This document shows, piece after piece, positions 10,962-19,621 of a stretch of DNA of 28,351 nt; position 1 is the first letter of the stretch, and every line of letters starts with the position of its first letter. The notes beneath the pieces are model-generated. The model had not been told where the DNA came from, did no database searches, and saw nothing but the letters and a program-made list of their open reading frames with translations. The stretch is taken from assembly GCA_000388065.2 (NCBI GenBank), contig KB932205.1; one strand, 5' to 3'. This DNA is from Fonticula alba ATCC 38817. Its lineage: Eukaryota > Protista > Nucleariida. Position numbers and translations under genes: made by a program.

Positions 10962-11762
10962 TATATGGGCGTGTATGTGTGTGCTCTTTGGGCGGGAAGA
11001 GGGGGGAAAGAGGGGTTGGCTGGGAACAGGGAGACGCAATACGCACCGCCGCAGGAGATCCTCATAATCTCGGTTCGGCTGGGGAGAGAGGAGCCCACTG
11101 GGCGCCGCAGATGACGGGGACTCCGGAGCGGCGACATCCAGGCTGCGTGAGACCTCCAGAGAAAGAGACGGCCCAGGTGCGCGTGCAGAAGCCGCGGAGG
11201 AGGCGATTGGTGCCGCGGCGGTGGCCCCGGCAACGGTCGCTGCAGGGCCGGTGGACGAGGAGGCTGCCCCGGGCGAGGGAAGCGCCACCGGGGAGGAAGC
11301 GCCGCCAGCGGGAGACGCTGTGGCAGCTGTCGCGGAAACGGCCAACGAAGCCGGCTCGGGCGTGCCAGTCGCAGGGGCCAGAGAAATGGAGGAAGAGCCT
11401 CCGGAAACGGCCCCGGCCCCAGGAATGCTTGAAGAGATGCTGGCGGGAACTGGGCGAATGGGCGAAGGGAGAGGGGGGGGGGGCGGCGAAGCTGTTAGAC
11501 AAGGAAAGGGCGTGGTGAGGTAGGGAAGAGAGGACGTCCTGAATGGCGCACCAACTGGCTCCGGGTCGAAGGAGGGAGTGTTGGTAGGCGGCGAGGGGAA
11601 CTTGTCCAGGAGCTCCTCGATCGACAGGAGGATGAGCGACTCGAAGGAATCCAACTCGGCCAAACCAGCGGACATCATGCCTGTGCCTCCTCCAGTGGAG
11701 GATGCCCCTGTTGAGTAGTGCCCGGGGAGACCACCCGGCGAAAGGAGCGCGGTGCTGGCCAT
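9359..11762 (-). CDS. Rho GTPase-activating protein with an ASH/Ig-like domain before the RhoGAP domain (GacA-like or OCRL C-terminus-like architecture), 605 aa, 6 exons
   Basis: Exons (minus): 11762-11047, 10863-10751, 10652-10491, 10396-10217, 10114-9899, 9789-9359, total 1818 nt, in frame from ATG to TGA. All introns are GT..CAG with CT(C/G)AC branch sites. RhoGAP motifs: GIFRLS (Arg454, 9924-9926), DVYAVANLIKIWFRELP, NGMSLKALANIIGPNL. The exact start is less certain than the domain exons. Confidence 0.9.
10902..10966. repeat. (CG)n-(TG)n alternating purine-pyrimidine microsatellite in RhoGAP intron 1
   Basis: Uninterrupted alternation tgcgcgcgcgcgcgcgtgtgtg...gtatat inside intron 10864-11046. 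Confidence 0.9.
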
Positions 11763-12242
11763 GGCTCGGGGTGGGCGGAAAGACACAGGTGACAGGGGGA
11801 GGGAGGGGGGAGAGACGTGTGTGGAAGTGGGAGAGGACAAGAAGGGGAGGGAGGACAAGAGGGGCGAGGGTGCGGAGGGCTAGGGGAGCGAGAGGAGGAA
11901 GAAGGTGACAAAAGCCGCGGCAAGGCAACTCAGTGTCGGAGCGCATCCTGACAAAGATTCGCGCCCAGGGGAAGGGGGTTGAGGGTGGCTGCGTGGTCAC
12001 AAACAAAAAAACAACACCCCCGTCCGACGCCGGAGGGGAGAGGGGCTCGTGTGCATCCCTCGGGGGCGCGGGGGCTCGGGGGAGTGGGGGGGGGGGACAT
12101 GCAGTTGGGCAGTCCCAGCGAGGACGCAGTTTCTCCAGCGCGAAAACCTTGCCGTGTACTGGGTTCCGGCACGATCTTGCACCTGTCTGGCTCCCACTCT
12201 GAATACAGGGGCGGATTGCGCGAGAAGGGGCAAATGGGGGGG

Positions 12243-12457
12243 NNNNNNNNNNNNNNNNNNNNNNNNNNNNNNNNNNNNNNNNNNNNNNNNNNNNNNNNNN
12301 NNNNNNNNNNNNNNNNNNNNNNNNNNNNNNNNNNNNNNNNNNNNNNNNNNNNNNNNNNNNNNNNNNNNNNNNNNNNNNNNNNNNNNNNNNNNNNNNNNNN
12401 NNNNNNNNNNNNNNNNNNNNNNNNNNNNNNNNNNNNNNNNNNNNNNNNNNNNNNNNN
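12243..12457. other. Assembly gap (215 N)
   Basis: Run of n, preceded by G-rich sequence. Confidence 1.
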
Positions 12458-12825
12458 GGACGAGGATCCTGCTATTTAACGTGATTTCACATGACCGACA
12501 GGCATCGAATCACCCTTAAAGTGCTGCCACCCAACTGTCTGTCGTGGCGCGGGCAGCTGCTCGAGGCCGTTCCGGGGATGTGACGTGATCATTCCTCTGC
12601 TGTGTCGAGGGCATCATGTGCGCAGTCTCGGGGAGGGTGATTCATTGGTATGCCGACGAAGGTGCAACCAGTCCCAGCTCCCGCCGGAGAGCCAGTTCCG
12701 AGGTCTGAAAGGACGGTGCAGAAATTCCCCCGGAAGTGAGGACGATGGGCACCAACATGCCCCCTCCCCGTATGAGGGATTAGACCATGTCTGGTCATGG
12801 ATCTGAAAGTGGGGGAGGTTGTCTT

Positions 12826-12828
<3 letters not shown>

Positions 12829-12866
<38 letters not shown>
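12829..12866. repeat. (AG)19 microsatellite
   Basis: Perfect dinucleotide run. Confidence 0.95.
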
Positions 12867-12868
<2 letters not shown>

Positions 12869-13543
12869 CCCACGTTTTTTTCTGACAACTACTCCTGGGC
12901 GAGCATCAGTGCTGGTACACCCCGCCCCCTGCCCCCTCCCCGGCCAAGAGCGTGTGGGTGTGGGAATGGTCCTTACTCCCCCGAACCATGGCCTGGGTGG
13001 CGGTGAGAAACTATTCCTAGGCAGGGAAAGGTGCTGGGAAGCTCCATCAGAGGCAGGACGCGTGAGCTGGTCGGGAGGGGGGAAACTCGCTCGTCGAAAA
13101 CGTGCGCACGCCTTTTGAGGCCCTCCGATGGGTCCTGAGCCGCACATGCCCTCGCGCGCGTGCGACGCACAGGCCTCGGCCCCGGGTGATGAGAGCCCCG
13201 CATTACTCTGCCCCCCTTCCAAAATGCCAGCCTCCAGGAACGAGGTCCGAACACCGGACGAGCTCCCCCGAACCCGCGCACAGTCCGACAAAGTGCCCGG
13301 AGAGGTCTGGGAAGCGTTCAAGGGGGCTTCACATGGAGGGGGCCTGCTGCATTTCGCGTCCTCGCCAGCCCCGTCCCCCGTCCCCTCGCCCCGAAGAGGC
13401 AGGCGCGCGGCAGCGGCAGCACGAACAGCAGCGGTGGCAGCTGATGTGCTGAGCACGTTTTTGGGCAGGGGGAAGCAGGGGCACAAGGAGGGGCTACAAC
13501 ACAAGGAGCGAGGCTGAGAAGAGGAGACGAAACACCTCCACAG

Positions 13544-13617
13544 ACACACACACACACATACACACACATACACACACATACACACACACACACACATACA
13601 CATGCACATACATACAC
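13544..13617. repeat. Compound (CA)n/CATA microsatellite
   Basis: acacacac...catacacacacatac... run. Confidence 0.9.
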
Positions 13618-13722
13618 CGTGAGGCAAAAAGAAGGGCAGGGAGGCAGAAGGGGGAAAGAGAGGGAACGAAACAGAGGATGAGCACGGAGGGAAGGAGATG
13701 TTGTTTAAAAAAGTTTCTGGTT

Positions 13723-13728
13723 TTTATT
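13723..13728 (-). terminator. Possible polyadenylation signal (AATAAA) for the 165-aa gene transcript
   Basis: AATAAA on the minus strand within an A-rich patch about 870 nt downstream of the 14595 stop. The assignment is inferred. Confidence 0.3.
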
Positions 13729-14594
13729 GTTTTTCGGTTCTTTGCGGGTTTTAACTTTTTGGTAGCAGCAAACGGAAAAATTTATGCACGAGGGGGCAGA
13801 GGAGACGCCCTATACTTCCCCCCCTCCGCGACCGGTAATGCGCGAGAGGAGGAGAGAGGGCTTGATCGTACACCATCGAGGTTACGAGTTTTCAGAGGAG
13901 GGGGAAGGGAGAGTATGGTACAATTCTGAAGGTTTGGGGGGTTTTCTGTAGAAAGAGAGGGAGGCGCGCGCTCGGCACACCACCGCCCGCCCAGCCCCCA
14001 CATATCCACACGCACACAGGACCAGCCTGAGGGAGAGGGGGGAAGGGGGGGGGGGTATCCGTGGCGGGAAAGTGCACGGCGGCGAGGAGGAGAGCGGGCG
14101 GCAAGGCAACGCCCAGAGGACGTTGAGCATCGGTGCGCGCGCACATTCCGAGGAGAGGGATTTACAAATACAACTGGCTTTTGGGCGCCAAGGGGGAGTT
14201 TTCTCGGTGGAAGCCGTCCGAAGGAGAGAAGAGAGAGAGAAGCAGCAGGTGCAGAACGAGGTGGTGTGCAGGCGGCGGGTCGTGGTCCGGCTACACTCGA
14301 AGCACGTGAGCGGTCTGTGGCAATGGGGGAGGGGGGTATGGCGAGCAAGCAGGAGGGGATGCCCTCTGTTTGCACACGTGCCCCCCCCACCATCGAGCGA
14401 AGACGCTTTCTGAAGAGAGGGAGAGGAGGAGGTGGACACTGGGAGAGTGCCACATGTTCGAAACGGCGGAGGCGCGATTTTTGGAGGAATTTTCAAAGAG
14501 AAGAAGAAAAGCTGCTACGACGAGAGGAAAGAGGGGGGACGGAGAGGGAAGCCAAGCCCCGTGAGTGTGTGCGGGAGGAGGCGGCACCTCGCAC

Positions 14595-15092
14595 TTAGCG
14601 ACGGCGAGAGCGGACACCCATCATCTGCTGGCCGCAGGACACGGTCGGGGAATTGACAACATGGACGAAGAGCTTGCCGGCGCGCTTCTTGGCAAACTGG
14701 TTGAGCTTGCGCAGCTCCTCCGGCGGGAAGGCCACGCGGTTGCGAGGCTCGAACTCGAGGAAGTGGCCGTTGTCAAAGTAGACGCAGGCGCGGGAGAAGG
14801 TCGAGTTGCCGGTGGTGGCGTAGGAGAGGGCCTGGCGCGAAGGGGCCGGAGCCGGGGCCGGGGCCGGGGCCGTGATGGGGGCCGGGGCGGCGACCGGCTC
14901 CGGGGCCGAGGAAGTCATCTCCTGGTCGGCGGCCGGGGTGGAGGTCGCCAGGAAATGCGCATGCAGCTGGCTGTGCAGCATGCGCATGCGCTCCTGCTTG
15001 TTGAGCTGCTCCTGCTCGAGGAGGTCGCCAACAGTGGGCAGGGGAGCGAGAGCCGGGGAAGAGGAGGCAGAGCTGAGGAGGAGGGAGGCCAT
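14595..15092 (-). CDS. Hypothetical protein, 165 aa (Ser/Ala/Pro-rich N-half, compact C-terminal domain)
   Basis: ATG-TAA ORF with strong C/G third-position bias (e.g. TGC GTC TAC TTT GAC AAC GGC CAC TTC CTC GAG TTC GAG), a pyrimidine-rich leader and an upstream TATA box. No family recognised. Confidence 0.8.
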   Translation of the reverse strand: MASLLLSSASSSPALAPLPTVGDLLEQEQLNKQERMRMLHSQLHAHFLATSTPAADQEMTSSAPEPVAAPAPITAPAPAPAPAPSRQALSYATTGNSTFSRACVYFDNGHFLEFEPRNRVAFPPEELRKLNQFAKKRAGKLFVHVVNSPTVSCGQQMMGVRSRRR

Positions 15093-15247
15093 GGCTGAAG
15101 AGAAAGGGAAGGAAGAAGAGAAGGAGAGTAGGGAAGAAGGGGGGGGAGGGGGGTGGACAGCGCAGGCTCGATTGGGGGGGGGGGCGGGGAGGAGGGGAGG
15201 ATGCAGCTGAGAGGGCCGACCCTTTGGAGGAGTTCCAAGGCAGGGGG

Positions 15248-15273
15248 CTTATATACCAGGGCCTTTCACCAAT
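15248..15273 (-). promoter_or_regulatory. TATA box (TATATAAG) with adjacent CCAAT
   Basis: cttatata at 15248-15255 reads TATATAAG on the minus strand, 156 nt upstream of the ATG at 15092. CCAAT lies at 15269-15273. Confidence 0.6.
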
Positions 15274-18200
15274 GGAGGACCGATGTGCTCTCGGGGGGCC
15301 GGCGGAGGGGGCGGGGAGGAATGTGTAGTCCCCTCCCCTCCGCCCAAAGGGGGGGCACCGTTCCGCCCCCCACACCGGCCCCAGGGCCCCGGTAGCGCGC
15401 CGAAGCCCATCCTGCTTCACTTGGCGCCAGGCACCGTCGGCCGGGGCGCCCCCTCGGCGGCTTGTCTCGACAGCCCCCCGGGGCGGGCCGGAGCCGGGGG
15501 GGGGGGGGGGGGGGGCGCGCTCTCGGAGAGGGAGCCTTAGTCTCTTGTTTGCCCGTTGGCCCCTGTCCAACATCAGCCGGGGGCAGGGGAAATCATTTCG
15601 CGCTTCGCCCGAGGCGCACACACAGACGCACATTCGGAACGAATGGTCCTCGTAAACACGCCCGCCCCCGGGTGCCGGGGGGGGGGGGGGCGGTGGGGGG
15701 GGAAACGGCGCCGGAGGGCGGCCCCGGGCCGGTGGCGCAATGACAACAGCTCGCCAGGTGGCCCCGGCAGCTGGAGCCTTCCGGCACGCGGGCTGGCGCT
15801 GGTGGCCCGTGGCACGAACCCCGCCGCCCCCGATGAACGACAGCCTGACCCTCTGGAAGGTGCCGGACTGATGACCGTACTCTCTCGGGCGTGAAAGCGC
15901 CCGGGTGCCGGCTCACCAACAGACCGGCGCCCGGGACGAGGGGGCAGGGAGAGATGACAACCGCTTGCCGAGTTTCGATGTCCGGCATCGGGGTGTCGAC
16001 CGGTGCCCACCGGGCGAGTGACACCCCTCGCGCCCCTGGGCGGCGTGCCGGCTGGCGGGCGCACAATAGCGCCGGCGGTATGTGTGCGTGCGCGCGTGCC
16101 TGTGCTGCCGTTGGCGGTGACTGCGCCCGGCTCCACCGGGTGCAGGGAGCCCGAGCTGGCATGTGCCCCCCCGCCCCCGGCTCCGGCCCGCGCCGGGAGA
16201 GGCGGAGAATCCATGGCTTGACATTAGACGCCGGAGCGGGCGGCCCTTCTTGGGGCAAACCACCGGCCCTTCGCGGCCTGGTGGCCATGATCAAGCGAGC
16301 CATCACCGGCCTCCAGGCCCTTCATGCGGCTCCGACCAGGGCCCCCTCTACGGGGCACCAGTCCGACGGCACCCGGGCTCGATATCCTTCGCCAACACGA
16401 GAAAGCCGGCTAAACGTGCGGCTTCCCCAGCGTCCTCGCAGGGCAGCATGGTCCCCCCGGCCAGTGGTGCTCCTTTGCCAGACGATGTTTCCCGAAGACG
16501 CTGGCCGGCACGGCGATCTTCTCGAAGGCGGCCGGCTGCCGGCGGACCACGAAATCCATTCCTGCCATCAACCCGCACATGTTGTGGCCGGCACTTCCGG
16601 AAACTTCCCGGTGAGTCGGCGGCCCGAGAGGCACACATGCGGGGGGGCTATGGCTAGTCGAGTTCCCTCACGTCGGGGCGTCTGCTCGGCCACAGCCGGG
16701 GCCTCTCAGGCTGGGCCTTCGTTCCGCTGGGCCTCCTCCACTGGAGCAGGACGTGACCCCCCCCCCCCCCCCCCCCCTCCCGCCGGTCACCCTCCTGACC
16801 CATGAGCTCGGTCCTCCCAGAGCGCGGTGCCCTTTCCCCTCGGTGGACTCTCCCGGCTTCTCGCTCGGGGGGAGGGGGATCGGCACCTGTTCCCCACTCA
16901 CCTGGTCGACCAGGCCCCCGCTGCGGGGCCCAGATGCCGAGAGTGGGGGAGGGGGTGCCCCGAGAAGGTCGGGGCGCCCGGCTGCCGAGCCCCTCCCGGG
17001 GCACGGACGGGGTCCCGACTTCGAAGGGGCTCCGAGGGGGCGGGCAGGGGGGGCGGGGGGAACCAGAAGCCACGAAGGCAAAGGGCACGCCCGGATGACC
17101 GAGTCATGCGTCCAAGGGCACCAGGGCAGGCCTTGCGCCCAAACAAGAGGAAGACATTCCCCCCCCCCCCCCCCCCCCGAGACCGCCGGACAAACACTCG
17201 GGCAGGGAATGACTCGGCCGCCCAGCCGAGCAACATGTTATGGGGGATACCCCGCACCCACCCAGGGCAGGGCATGGCAAAAAAACGGCAGCACCCGCGG
17301 GACACATTCTCCCTCCCCCTTGCCCTGGGCCATGGGGCTGGGTCGACGAGACACATGGAACAATGATCGCCAACGCAAACACGATCAGGGCACCGATCGC
17401 CCCTGCTCGGCACGTTTCCGACCACGGGAGGCTGGTCGGCTCCCGACCTGCCGCACATTTTGGATCCAAGGATTTTGGATGTATTCTGCACCATTAGACT
17501 ATTTTCAGATTATCCATGTGGCGATCTGGTGAAAACCAGTGTCAATACACGTGGTATTTGATTTTGAAATGACATTCTTTTCCTGGCGAAGGCATCTCCC
17601 TGGAGACTTCCCCCTGACGAAAGGCCGCCGCCGCAGGGCGCTCCCCCCCCCCCCCCCCCCCCCCCCCCAGGAAAACTTCCTCGCGGCCATCTTGACCTAG
17701 GCGGCCACGCCCGGGTCCGGCCCCTGGAGGAATAGGGCCCGCACACTTATGCGCCGCCGACACGCATCCGTGCAACAACGGGCCCACGATGGGAGGTGGT
17801 CGAACACCAAGGGTCTCGGGGCACGACGCGCCCATGGCACAACATGCGCGCCACCAGGCTGGAGATCTGCGGGATTAATCCAAGACGAACTCCAGTCCCC
17901 ATCGGTCAACCACTGGTTCCCGTTAATTAGGGCGCACTCCTCCGGAGGGGGGGGGGGGGCGGTGCGGCGCCCTCCCTGAGAAAACGGGCCAAGTTCCCAG
18001 GTGTCTCCTGTCCGCCCCGAGGCTGCGGCAGGGAGGGCCTGGGGAACCGGGAAGGTCGAACCGGGTTACGCCGGGGCATTTCCCGAACAAGGTGTCTCCT
18101 TCGGTCCCGGAACGCTCCGCCCGACTGGGGGTTAACCGCAGCCGGGGAGCCCGCCCTCTCGGCACCGGACTCCCACCACCGACCGATGCGCCGCTCGGGC

Positions 18201-18340
18201 CGATTCATCGCGGGTGATCGGCAGGGGGGGGGGGGGAGGGAGGACCAGCATAATGACAGGTCAGAGTACGTAGGAGGGAGCTAATCAAAAGGTAGACCGT
18301 TCCGCCGCGTCGGCTTCAAGGCGACCAGCCCTTCATCGAG

Positions 18341-18371
18341 ATTGGGGCGGGCGGTGGCTATTATTATATAT
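18341..18371 (+). promoter_or_regulatory. Candidate Pol II promoter: reverse CCAAT, GC box, TATA-like tract
   Basis: ATTGG at 18341-18345, GGGGCGGGCGG at 18344-18354 and TATTATTATATAT at 18359-18371, in an AT-rich island within a GC-rich intergenic region. Confidence 0.45.
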
Positions 18372-19621
18372 TCTGACTACTTGTTTTAATCCATATACTC
18401 GCTTGATCGACCTTTGGGTAGATTCCCTGCCTGAGTTCTCTTTCCCCCGGGTCCCGCGCACCACCCGGCCCCTGGTTCCCTAGGCAGGTGCCTTTTTGGG
18501 CGGGAACATCGACCCGCGTGTCCCCTTTTCCCGCCCACCTCGCCGGTATTTTATGAACCCGCGCGCGTGGCAGCGAACGGTGTCCGAGCGCCCTCCTGAA
18601 CGGGGCAGTTGTGTGGTTTCTCGTTCGCCCCTAAACTGCGTTCCTATGGCAGGCCGCGGGGCAGAGTTTATCAACAGAGTTACCCCGGTCCCCGGTGTGC
18701 TCGTCTCGAGAGGTCGAGTGGGGGCCGGGGGGGGGGGGGGGGGCGAGTCGGGAACAGCGCGGGGGCTGGGGGAGGGGATATGGTTAAAGCCCCCTCCTCC
18801 TCGAGGCAGAAGGGCCCCGGTCCCACGTTCCCGGGCGGATTACCTCCGCGTACACGCACAACAACGACGGGGGGAGACCTGTCCGTGCGTGGTGCGTGTG
18901 CGGCTGCTATTAACTCCTTGCGCTCCCGGGTGGGGGGTGGTAACCCATGGTGTGTAGGGCCTTTCTCGTTTCCGGGGCCTCTCCCTGCATCCTCTGTCCT
19001 TGTGTCTTGCTCGTGCTTTTTTTTTTCCCGCCCTTCCCACTTCAAGCACCGTGCATTTCTGTGTCCCCCGGAGACCCGGTGGAATGTTTCGCCGGGAGAT
19101 CCAGGCCTGGTGGATGCCTGGCTTGGGCTCGGGGAAATCCTGACGCATTCGTGCGCCCTTCGCCCCCCCCCCCACCCCCCGGAAAAGTGTTACTTCCCCC
19201 CTTCCCCCCTCCTGTTAATAGCCCCAACTGGGATGCTTAATTTAATCCGGCTGCCCTCCGCCCCCCCCCCCCCCTGTTGCCTGTTGTCTCGCCGCCTCGC
19301 CGCCTCTCGCCGGCGTAGCTTCTTCTCGGACCCCGCTCTTCTTGGGACCCTGGTGCTTCGGCATAGTCCGTCCCTCCCTGGCCCTGCATTCCTCCCCCCT
19401 CCCTCCCTCTTCTTTCTCCGCATTCTTGTCCTCCTCCCCTCGCCGCTTCTCGGTCCGGGCTCTCCTCTCCTTCAGCTGTCACGAGCCGCCGGCGTCTCGT
19501 GCTCACCTTTTCTGTTGTGCGTTCCCCGCCCTGCTTGGCCTGCCTGTCTTCTGCACCCACCGAGCCGAGATCTCTGACTCCCTTTTGGCCTGTGTGTGCG
19601 CACTCCCCTTCTGGTCGACAG

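Noticed and set aside
9359-11858. Separate ORFs of 197, 139, 80, 96, 126 and 322 aa as independent genes
   Set aside because: They are exons plus read-through intron text of one spliced RhoGAP gene.
12827-13627. 266-aa minus-strand ORF
   Set aside because: It begins and ends in microsatellites, with no domain or codon bias.
14565-15098. 177-aa plus-strand ORF
   Set aside because: Antisense shadow of the 165-aa gene.
15573-17532. Overlapping 200-300 aa ORFs on both strands
   Set aside because: Composition is Pro/Gly/Arg-dominated, they cross poly-G/C runs, and there is no sustained codon bias. This is expected from stop-poor GC-rich DNA.
18040-18130. B-box-like GGTTCGA on the minus strand (also plus-strand GGTTCGA at about 24628 and 24741)
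   Set aside because: No cloverleaf, no correctly spaced A box and no T-run, so not a tRNA or SINE.
361-18292. TAATCAAAAGG at 361-371 and 18282-18292
   Set aside because: A single 11-mer match is expected by chance in 28 kb, and the flanks do not extend.
18281-18421. Imperfect inverted repeat around the AT-rich island, considered as a snRNA or MITE
   Set aside because: The pairing is short and gapped, with no Sm site, U-snRNA motif or target-site duplication.
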